From a metagenome: a stretch of 7,287 bases of DNA. Positions 1-5,389 of this stretch are shown here, piece by piece. The stretch lies in sequence record OGXA01005080.1; one strand, given 5' to 3'. How positions within the stretch are numbered: the first letter of the stretch is position 1; each line of letters opens with the position of its first letter. Both the position numbers and the translations under genes were made by a program. The notes under the pieces are model-generated. The model did no database searches, was not told the origin of the DNA, and saw nothing but the letters and a program-made list of their open reading frames with translations.

Positions 1-2
1 TT

Positions 3-299
3 GCGTGGGCGGTGGAAAACAACGTGACCACCGGCACGAGCAGCACGACCTTCTCACCGGATGCTTCCGTCACGCGCGCACAGGCCGTCACCTTCCAGTG
101 GAGAGCGAACGCCAGCCCGGCTGCGGCCAGCGCGAGCAGCTTCACCGACGTCGCCGCGAGCGCCTACTATGCCTCCGCCGTCAACTGGGCGGTCGAGAAC
201 AATGTGACCAACGGCACGAGCACGACCACGTTCTCCCCGAACGCCGACTGCACGCGCGCCCAGATTGTCACGTTCCTCTATCGCGCGATGGCGAAGTGA
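3..299 (+). CDS. SLH (S-layer homology) domain wall-anchored protein, C-terminal fragment; 5' end lies outside the window
   Basis: The frame is open from the window edge (AWAVENNVTTGTS...). It has two SLH-type repeats ending TTFSPDASVTRAQAVTFQWRA and FTDVAASAYYASAVNWAVENNVTNGTSTTTFSPNADCTRAQIVTFLYRAMAK. TGA at 297-299 is followed by a strong terminator. Track ORF 12..299 is the same frame starting from an internal GTG. Confidence 0.85.
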   Translation, partial: AWAVENNVTTGTSSTTFSPDASVTRAQAVTFQWRANASPAAASASSFTDVAASAYYASAVNWAVENNVTNGTSTTTFSPNADCTRAQIVTFLYRAMAK

Positions 300-315
300 G
301 ACCTTTCCCAAAATG

Positions 316-353
316 AAAAAATACGCTGTGGATGATTCCACAGCGTATTTTTT
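316..353 (+). terminator. Rho-independent terminator (usable from both strands)
   Basis: Stem ATACGCTGTGG (321-331) pairs with CCACAGCGTAT (338-348) across a 6-nt loop, followed by T-run 349-353. An A-run at 316-320 upstream gives a T-run on the minus strand too. Confidence 0.8.
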
Positions 354-376
354 GCTGCTTAGATTGCGATTCGTTG

Positions 377-567
377 TCAATTTTCGCGCAGGACCTCGCA
401 CAGCGCCGCGTGCAGGGCGGTCAATTCGATGGGCTTTGATAAATGCCGCGACACGCCGCAGGCGCGCTCGCGCTCTCTAAAAACGAGCGCGCGATGGCGC
501 GGTTGATCGCGTTGTCCTCCACGAGCAGGACGCGCCTGCCGCGCAGCGGTGTCACGGTACTTTTCAC
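377..567 (-). pseudogene. Response-regulator receiver domain remnant (internal deletion plus frame break)
   Basis: On the minus strand, one frame from GTG 567 (GGAGGG 7 nt upstream) reads VKSTVTPLRGRRVLLVEDNAINRAIARSFLESASAPAACRGIYQSPSN*, with its stop at 421-423. That is the receiver beta1/alpha1 signature VLLVEDN. A second frame (track ORF 377..619) ends GVSRHLSKPIELTALHAALCEVLREN*, which is the receiver C-terminal LxKPI motif plus the last helix. Only ~190 nt spans both ends, whereas an intact receiver needs ~360 nt. The part carrying the phospho-acceptor Asp is therefore absent. Confidence 0.55.
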
Positions 568-730
568 TCTCCATCCCTCCGAAACGTTGTTGGTCTGCCG
601 TTCCTACGGGTCCTCTCAAGGTTTTATTGTAACAGATATCTCCAAAATATCAACTAATATGTATAATAAATATTTCTAATGGAAAACTTGCGCCGTGTAA
701 ACTATATAGGGCAAAGGAGGCGCGCGGCGT

Positions 731-1027
731 ATGTTGGATTTCTCGCAAAGGCTGAAACAGCTCCGCAGGGACAGGCACCTGACGCAGGCGCAGGTGGCAA
801 AGCGCATCGGCGTGACCGCGGCGATGGTCTCGTCGTATGAGACGGATATCCGCCTGCCGTCCTACGAGGTCATGGTGCGTCTGGCGGACCTGTTCGGCGT
901 CACAGTGGACTACCTGCTCTGCCGCCAGGACAAGCGCTTTCTCGACATCTCCGATTTGAGCGAGGAGGAGGCCGCGCTCGTGTGCGGCATGGTGGAGCTG
1001 CTGAAGAAAAAAGACGGAAAGAAGTAG
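731..1027 (+). CDS. XRE-family (Cro/C1-type HTH) transcriptional regulator, 98 aa
   Basis: RBS AAAGGAGG at 713-720, then ATG at 731. MLDFSQRLKQLRRDRHLTQAQVAKRIGVTAAMVSSYETDIRLPSYEVMVRLADLFGVTVDYLL is a textbook HTH_3 domain. The TAG stop at 1025-1027 is followed immediately by a terminator. Confidence 0.9.
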   Translation: MLDFSQRLKQLRRDRHLTQAQVAKRIGVTAAMVSSYETDIRLPSYEVMVRLADLFGVTVDYLLCRQDKRFLDISDLSEEEAALVCGMVELLKKKDGKK

Positions 1028-1060
1028 AAGAGACGCTTTTGCAGTGAGCGTCTCTTTTTT
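1028..1060 (+). terminator. Rho-independent terminator of the XRE gene
   Basis: Stem AAGAGACGCT (1028-1037) pairs with AGCGTCTCTT (1047-1056) across a 9-nt loop, with a T-run to 1060. Confidence 0.8.
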
Positions 1061-1093
1061 GCTGCCATCAAAGCTCTTGCCGCCGCTTCCCCG

Positions 1094-1122
1094 TTGCAAT
1101 ATCGGGGGAAAACCGGTATAAT
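1094..1122 (+). promoter_or_regulatory. Sigma-A type promoter for the Nim-like gene
   Basis: TTGCAA (1094-1099), an exact 17-nt spacer, then TATAAT (1117-1122). It lies ~50 nt upstream of the ATG at 1172. Confidence 0.6.
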
Positions 1123-1171
1123 GGCGGCGAGAAATAGCCGACACGGTCGGCAGTATGAGGAGGACGAGACC

Positions 1172-1651
1172 ATGTTCAGACCTGTTCGCAAAAAGGCAAA
1201 CGAGATCAGCGTGGAGGAGGCAAAAAAGCTCCTGCACGAGGCTCGCCGCGGCGTGCTGGCCGTCAGCGGCGACGACGGCTATCCTTACGCGGTGCCCATC
1301 AACTACCTGTACGACGAGAGCGCGCAGGAGATCATTTTCCACGGCTCCAAGGTCGGCCACAAGGTGGACGCGCTCAAGAGGAGCGACAAGGTCTGCTTCA
1401 CTGTGTACGGCGACGAGACCGTCGAAACGGACGAGGCCTGGGCCCCGTTTTTGAAGAGCGCCGTCGTCTTCGGCCGCTGCCGCCTCGTCGCGGACCGCGG
1501 CGAGAGCGACGCGCTGTGCAAAAAGTTCGCGATGAAATACTACCCCACCGAGAAAATGGTCGACGACGAAGTCGCCGCCTCCGGCAAGGCCGTCCAGATG
1601 TTCCGCATCAGCATCGACCACATCAGCGGCAAAAAGGTGCAGGAGAGGTAA
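1172..1651 (+). CDS. Pyridoxamine 5'-phosphate oxidase family protein, Nim-like (5-nitroimidazole reductase family), 159 aa
   Basis: RBS GAGGAGG at 1157-1163, 8 nt before ATG 1172. The track ORF 1094..1651 is extended upstream from a TTG. MFRPVRKKANEISVEEAKKLLHEARRGVLAVSGDDGYPYAVPINYLYDE...IFHGSKVGHKVDALKRSDKVCFTV...ISIDHISGKK follows the architecture I recognise for Nim/PNPOx-like split-barrel proteins. TAA stop at 1649-1651. Confidence 0.85.
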   Translation: MFRPVRKKANEISVEEAKKLLHEARRGVLAVSGDDGYPYAVPINYLYDESAQEIIFHGSKVGHKVDALKRSDKVCFTVYGDETVETDEAWAPFLKSAVVFGRCRLVADRGESDALCKKFAMKYYPTEKMVDDEVAASGKAVQMFRISIDHISGKKVQER

Positions 1652-1653
1652 TG

Positions 1654-1683
1654 AAAAAAGAGACGCGAAAGCGTCTCTTTTTC
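1654..1683 (+). terminator. Rho-independent terminator of the Nim-like gene
   Basis: Stem AAGAGACGC (1658-1666) pairs with GCGTCTCTT (1671-1679) across a GAAA tetraloop, followed by a T-run. An A-run precedes it. Confidence 0.8.
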
Positions 1684-1764
1684 ATTGCGATAAAATACTA
1701 TCAATTTGCTGAGAAAATATAAGGAAAGCACTGTAAAGCAAAAAACTATCATTTTTTGATAAAA

Positions 1765-1798
1765 GAAAAAACCCTTGAAATCATTAAGATTCCAAGGG
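1765..1798 (-). terminator. Rho-independent terminator just downstream of the tRNA 3' end (minus strand)
   Basis: The minus strand reads CCCTTGGAA-TCTTAATGA-TTCAAGGG, a stem with one bulged C, followed by TTTTTTC. It begins 3 nt after the CCA end at 1802. Confidence 0.65.
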
Positions 1799-1801
1799 TT
1801 T

Positions 1802-1851
1802 TGGTGGAGACTGCTGGACTCGAACCAGTGACCTCCTGCGTGTGAAGCAGG
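1802..1851 (-). tRNA. 3' portion of tRNA-Val(CAC): anticodon arm through the encoded CCA. The 5' half is not canonical, so this is probably an att-site tRNA fragment
   Basis: The minus strand reads CCTGC-TTCACAC-GCAGG (anticodon loop with U33, anticodon CAC, A37), then AGGTC (variable loop), then ACTGG-TTCGAGT-CCAGC (T arm, A:C mismatch at the first pair), then AGTCTCC-A-CCA. The 26 nt upstream do not form a D arm with a GG loop; instead they contain a 7-bp hairpin with a 4-nt loop at 1854-1871. Confidence 0.6.
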
Positions 1852-2003
1852 CATCAGCGGCTCGCCGCTGAAATCTCAACAACTAAAAAGCAAAACTTTT
1901 TGCAACGAAAAAGTCTCAAATCCGCTCTTGTTTCTTCCTTGTTTGCAATTATATTGTACCACACATCAGCTGCCGATGCAATGACTATTTGGACGTTCTA
2001 AAA

Positions 2004-2042
2004 GAAAAAGCGCACAGATTTTTGAAGTCTGTGCGCTTTTTG
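2004..2042 (-). terminator. Rho-independent terminator of the surface-protein operon (bidirectional architecture)
   Basis: Stem AGCGCACAGA (2009-2018) pairs with TCTGTGCGCT (2028-2037) across a 9-nt loop. It is flanked by A-run 2005-2008 and T-run 2038-2042, and lies ~50 nt beyond the TAA of the 808-aa gene. Confidence 0.8.
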
Positions 2043-2087
2043 TGCGTCAAAGGAAAAGGTGCAACGTCCCGCTCCTTTTCAATTACA

Positions 2088-4514
2088 TTACTTTCCCATA
2101 TAGCGATAGAGGAATGTCACGATCTGACCGCGCGTGCAAAGATCATTCGGAGAGAATGTCGTTGCGCTGGTTCCCTCGGTCACTTTTTCGCTCATCGCCC
2201 AAAGAGTGGCATTATAATAGTAAGCTGTTTCACTCACATCGGCAAAGGAATTGCTTCCGCTCACCGCAGGAGAATTCGCATAGCGATAGAGGAATGCCAC
2301 GGTCTGCCCGCGTGTACAGGTATCGTTGGGAGAAAATGTCGTTTCACTGGTTCCCTTTGCAATGCCTTTTTCAACCGCCCACAGCACCGCTTTGTAATAG
2401 TAGGAGTCCTCTGCAACATCGGTGAACGGGTTAACCTTGTTGGTCGGTTCAGGCGATCCCGCCGCACGATAAAGGAACGTCACCATTTCCGCACGGGTGC
2501 AGGAAGCGTTGGGCTGGAACGTGGTGTCAGTCACGCCCTTGGCGATTCCCTTGCCAACTGCCCAAATCACAGCATCGTAGTAATAGTCATCCTTCTTTAC
2601 ATCCACAAACGGATTTTCCGGAGTTTCAGGCTTAGAGGGAGTCGGATTCGGCTTCACAGAGGGTTTGTGCGGCGGATTGTAGGGCGGAACATAGTTGGGG
2701 TTCTTTGTTCCGCAGCCGTTTTTACAATACTCAAGATTGTTCCCAAAATCATGTGGAAGTTTGTTGATGGTCTTCTGCGCTCTGCTGATTTCAGCGTTGC
2801 AAACGGAGCAGTAAACTACTTCGTCATAAGAACCAGCAGCAGCACAAGTCGCTTCTACTCTATTTTCCTCGACTGCCGCCGCGGGAGTGTGACCGTTCGC
2901 ATCACCAACAGGAACAGTCACGCTGTCGCTCACCGCATCGCAGTTATCGCACTGGACGTAATAGGTCGCAGCAGCGGTGCACGTTGCGTCGGTCGCTTTG
3001 CTGCTGGAAGCCTTGGTCGTGAAGCTGTGACCGGTTGCTGCCACAGACTCGGTATAGCTATCACCGCACTTGATACAAGTATATGTTGCTGTGCCATCTT
3101 CGAGGCAAGTTGCTGTGTTCTCAGTCAATTTGTACTTATGGTCACAACTGTTTACCGGCAGACCAACACGTTTTAGAATTGCATAGGGGTAAGTACCGGA
3201 ATTATCCATCTCCCAAGTGGAGTCAAAGTCATAGCTTATATAAGAGCTCTGATCTTCAAGCTGGCTTTCAGAACATTCAGCACCACCATTTTTCTTGGTA
3301 AATTCAGAAATATTTGAATTTACATCGGGGTTAATCCCTGAAAGATATAAACACCCTTTAGGTTCAGGCATAGCGTTACTTGACCAGTATCCGTTAATAT
3401 CACCGCTATAACCTCTAGGGCCTACCTGCGAGGTTTCCGTTGTAACTTTTCCAATATTATAGCAGTTTTTCAAACCCAAACACGTATTTGTAGGTTCGGG
3501 ATGAGTATGTATACCTTCCTGATCCCATCTGGTACACCGAATAAAGCTACCTGCGATACCACCGCAACCAAAACTCTCAGTACCTAAAACAGCTATTTCG
3601 CCGGTGTTATAGCAGTCGTGAATAAAGGTTGGATACTGCTGGTAATAGTTTACGCCATCATCATGAGCGTACTGACAGTTTAGGGCATAAGCACTTCCTA
3701 CAATTCCGCCAGCATAACTTTTTCCGGTTATTTTGCCTGTGTTAGCGCATTCACTAATGGTTGTCCCCTGTTGATACGCGCAAATACCGCCTACAGTACG
3801 TCCGGAAATGCTCGCCATATTCAAACATCCGGTAATAGACGGAACATCATCTACGCATTCAAGATCAAGGTAGACATACCCTACATGACCGCCGTCAACA
3901 GTTCCTACGATACCGCCAGCATAAAGACCACTAATCTCCCCAAAATTTGCACAGTCTAAAATTTGACCTCCGTTGTGCACAGAACACGCAATACCACCTG
4001 CAAATACATTGTTGCTACCTGTAGCCTTGACAGTGCAATAGTTTTGACAGTTTTTAATCCTACCGCTCTCTTTTAGATCGACTGCGATTGCTGCAACGTT
4101 ACTATTTTGTGCAGTAGATACAACCGCGCCATAAACAGAAAGGTTTTTCACCGTACCGGTACAGACTCCAATCATGGCAGCATCATGAGTATCCGCTGTA
4201 ATATTCAAATTGACGATTGCCTTGCCTTTTCCATCAAGAACACCGGCAAAATTCTTGATAATCGGAAATGGCTGATTTCCAAGATCAATATCATCCGTCA
4301 GTTCATAATAGGCATTTTGACAGTTCTGCGTAAAAAAGTAAAACTGTGCACCGTTTGCGATCTGATAGGGACTTTCTGCGGTGCCATCACCACCAGAGAA
4401 TTCTTCTTGGGTGCGGCCATCCCATGCATCAGAATCCGCAAACGCTGTTGTAGATATCATACTCAGGCTCAACATAAGTGCCAGCAACAGAGCAAGCCAT
4501 TTTCCATTCTTCAT
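2088..4514 (-). CDS. Secreted cell-surface protein, 808 aa: signal peptide, GLUG-type (GGIxG) repeat region, His/Cys-rich repeat modules, Pro-rich linker, three C-terminal SLH domains
   Basis: The signal peptide is MKNGKWLALLLALMLSLSMISTTAFA. The repeats follow the pattern xNCxNxGxIxG....AGGI(V/A)G, for example VFAGGIACS, LYAGGIVGT, TVGGICAY, SYAGGIVGS and GCGGIAGS. The N-terminal GDGTAESPYQI...YELTDDIDL...F.GVLDGKGK motif is typical of GLUG-motif surface proteins. The His/Cys modules are listed in the finding for 2709-3146. The linker reads NPNYVPPYNPPHKPSVKPNPTPSKPETPENP. The three SLH repeats (coded at 2091-2609) are FVDVKKDDYYYDAVIWAV...CTRAEMVTFLYRAAG, FTDVAEDSYYYKAVLWAV...CTRGQTVAFLYRYAN and FADVSETAYYYNATLWAM...CTRGQIVTFLYRYMGK. 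TAA stop at 2088-2090. Confidence 0.92.
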   Translation of the reverse strand: MKNGKWLALLLALMLSLSMISTTAFADSDAWDGRTQEEFSGGDGTAESPYQIANGAQFYFFTQNCQNAYYELTDDIDLGNQPFPIIKNFAGVLDGKGKAIVNLNITADTHDAAMIGVCTGTVKNLSVYGAVVSTAQNSNVAAIAVDLKESGRIKNCQNYCTVKATGSNNVFAGGIACSVHNGGQILDCANFGEISGLYAGGIVGTVDGGHVGYVYLDLECVDDVPSITGCLNMASISGRTVGGICAYQQGTTISECANTGKITGKSYAGGIVGSAYALNCQYAHDDGVNYYQQYPTFIHDCYNTGEIAVLGTESFGCGGIAGSFIRCTRWDQEGIHTHPEPTNTCLGLKNCYNIGKVTTETSQVGPRGYSGDINGYWSSNAMPEPKGCLYLSGINPDVNSNISEFTKKNGGAECSESQLEDQSSYISYDFDSTWEMDNSGTYPYAILKRVGLPVNSCDHKYKLTENTATCLEDGTATYTCIKCGDSYTESVAATGHSFTTKASSSKATDATCTAAATYYVQCDNCDAVSDSVTVPVGDANGHTPAAAVEENRVEATCAAAGSYDEVVYCSVCNAEISRAQKTINKLPHDFGNNLEYCKNGCGTKNPNYVPPYNPPHKPSVKPNPTPSKPETPENPFVDVKKDDYYYDAVIWAVGKGIAKGVTDTTFQPNASCTRAEMVTFLYRAAGSPEPTNKVNPFTDVAEDSYYYKAVLWAVEKGIAKGTSETTFSPNDTCTRGQTVAFLYRYANSPAVSGSNSFADVSETAYYYNATLWAMSEKVTEGTSATTFSPNDLCTRGQIVTFLYRYMGK

Positions 4515-4720
4515 GTTATATCACTCTCTTCTGTTTTTCTTGTCAGGTTCTTCACTGTGATTCGAATATTCTGGGGAACGCCTTTCATTTTCACGTACTT
4601 TGCCACCGTTGAAGCGCTGCGGCCCAACTCCCGTCCAACAGCGGCATAAGTACCGAGCTTGGCGTACAGGTGGTGCATTTCAACGATTTCCTCCGGCGTG
4701 ACGCGTGTTTGCTTTGCCAT
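4511..4720 (-). CDS. Small helix-turn-helix DNA-binding protein, 69 aa
   Basis: MAKQTRVTPEEIVEMHHLYAKLGTYAAVGRELGRSASTVAKYVKMKG contains an obvious HTH (YAAVGRELGRSASTVAKYV). Its ATG at 4718-4720 overlaps the upstream TAA (TAATG). Its TGA at 4511-4513 overlaps the ATG of the surface-protein gene (ATGA). The track ORF is extended to a GTG at 4756, which I consider less likely. Confidence 0.75.
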   Translation of the reverse strand: MAKQTRVTPEEIVEMHHLYAKLGTYAAVGRELGRSASTVAKYVKMKGVPQNIRITVKNLTRKTEESDIT

Positions 4721-4932
4721 TATTTCCGAGTGGGTGCTTTCCCCGTGACAAGGCACTTGTCAGAGTTATTCATGCACTCTTTCCAAATCTCGTCAATGTA
4801 GCCGTTGAACGTTTTCTTCTTGCTTTCATCCCCTGTCAATTCCAAAACAAGATTGTTAATCTCATCCAGTTTCTTCTGATAATTCCAAGGAACAGTGATG
4901 GTTTTCTTTTCGGTGTCTAAAATAATGCGCAT
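4720..4932 (-). CDS. Hypothetical protein, 70 aa, first gene of the leftward operon
   Basis: The minus strand has RBS GGAGAG 6 nt before ATG 4932. The product is MRIILDTEKKTITVPWNYQKKLDEINNLVLELTGDESKKKTFNGYIDEIWKECMNNSDKCLVTGKAPTRK. I recognise no motif in it. The call rests on the RBS, the stop/start coupling to the next gene and the charged, helical composition. Confidence 0.7.
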   Translation of the reverse strand: MRIILDTEKKTITVPWNYQKKLDEINNLVLELTGDESKKKTFNGYIDEIWKECMNNSDKCLVTGKAPTRK

Positions 4933-5075
4933 GGTTTTCTCTCCTTTTTATGTGATATTTATAGAATACGGCGTGAAAGAGTCGAAAACAATTAACTGGC
5001 AGCATAGTATTTGAAAAATATTTTTGATTTTCTTCGAATCACGTGTGATTTATGAAGAAATGACCGTAAACAAGC

Positions 5076-5125
5076 AAAAACGCTTGGATTTTCGCTGAGA
5101 ATGCAGAAAATTCAAGCGCTTTTTA
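5076..5125. terminator. Bidirectional intrinsic-terminator-like hairpin inside the divergent intergenic region
   Basis: Stem CGCTTGGATTTTC (5081-5093) pairs with GAAAATTCAAGCG (5106-5118): 13 bp with one G-U pair and a 12-nt loop. A-run 5076-5080 lies upstream and CTTTTTATT downstream, so a T-run follows the hairpin on either strand. Confidence 0.65.
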
Positions 5126-5156
5126 TTAGATTTCATCAAAATCCAGCAGAACAGCA

Positions 5157-5228
5157 GCGGAAACGGTGAAATTCTGCGTGATTTCGTGTCGACACGGTGC
5201 AGATTTGTCAGATTCACCGCGTTTCCGC
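5157..5228. repeat. Long imperfect inverted repeat with a central perfect palindrome
   Basis: Outer arm GCGGAAACGGTGAA (5157-5170) matches TTCACCGCGTTTCCGC (5213-5228), with a 2-nt bulge. Inner pair TCTGC (5173-5177) pairs with GCAGA (5199-5203). The central 12-bp perfect palindrome CGTGTCGACACG lies at 5185-5196. Confidence 0.7.
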
Positions 5229-5297
5229 CTGTTTTCTCCTGAAATACGCCCCCACCGCCGCGCAAAATGTTTCTTTCGCTTGCATTATCCGTCCTTT

Positions 5298-5327
5298 TTG
5301 GACTTTTTATAAAAAATAATATATAAT
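5298..5327 (+). promoter_or_regulatory. Sigma-A type promoter of the rightward module
   Basis: TTGGAC (5298-5303), an 18-nt AT-rich spacer, then TATAAT (5322-5327). It lies ~60 nt upstream of ATG 5390. Confidence 0.55.
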
Positions 5328-5354
5328 ATATATAGAAAGTGAGAGAAAACTCAA
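5327..5354 (-). promoter_or_regulatory. Candidate leftward promoter overlapping the rightward -10 box
   Basis: On the minus strand, TTGAGT (5354-5349), a 16-nt spacer, then TATATA (5332-5327). TATATT with an 18-nt spacer is an alternative. It would give a ~390-nt leader running through the 5157-5228 hairpin and the 5076-5125 terminator before the operon ATG at 4932. Confidence 0.3.
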
Positions 5355-5389
5355 CTTTCTAATAAAAATTAAACGAAAGGAGCTGACTT

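Noticed and set aside
5-401. Alternative-frame ORFs 5..316 (+), 54..401 (-) and 265..480 (+).
   Set aside because: They overlap the SLH frame or run across its terminator. Their compositions are Arg/Gly-rich translations of GC-rich DNA with no motifs.
1025-1174. The XRE gene and track ORF 1094..1651 are in the same frame, separated only by TAG 1025. I considered a read-through fusion.
   Set aside because: A strong terminator (1028-1060), a consensus promoter (1094-1122) and an RBS plus ATG at 1172 all lie between them. The shared frame is a 1-in-3 coincidence in stop-poor GC-rich DNA.
650-1621. 323-aa ORF on the minus strand spanning the XRE and Nim-like genes.
   Set aside because: It is a typical long shadow ORF in GC-rich DNA. 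It crosses two terminators and a promoter, and both plus-strand genes have RBSs and family-level motifs.
1540-1854. 104-aa ORF on the minus strand.
   Set aside because: It starts inside the tRNA fragment (GHWFESS is the usual translation of a T arm) and runs through two terminators and AT-rich spacer. It is not coding.
1802-1878. Reading the tRNA-like region as a complete 77-nt tRNA.
   Set aside because: The acceptor could pair at 6 of 7 positions. But the D-arm position is occupied by a 7-bp stem with a 4-nt loop lacking the conserved GG, pair 1:72 is mismatched, and the spacing to the anticodon stem is off by one. A fragment interpretation fits better. It is kept as an alternative in the findings.
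2091-2609. Three tandem ~175-bp DNA repeats, considered as a possible DGR template/variable repeat pair or recombination substrate with the SLH gene at 3-299.
   Set aside because: They are simply the three SLH domain-coding units. They diverge at all base types rather than adenine-specifically, no reverse transcriptase is present, and similarity to 3-299 is only domain-level.
1989-3176. 395-aa ORF on the plus strand (with 2042..2425 and 3083..3301).
   Set aside because: It is antisense to the 808-aa surface-protein gene, whose frame carries recognisable signal peptide, GLUG and SLH motifs. The antisense product is an Arg/Cys/Ile-rich shadow with no RBS.
5034-5041. TTCGAATC motifs here and at 7090-7097, checked as possible T loops of a suppressor tRNA.
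   Set aside because: The flanking bases cannot form a T stem, and no acceptor or anticodon arms are present.
5050-5265. 71-aa ORF on the minus strand in the divergent intergenic region.
   Set aside because: It has no RBS, begins MRGGGG, and is laid over the long inverted repeat and the terminator hairpin. It is more plausibly RNA or DNA structure than coding.
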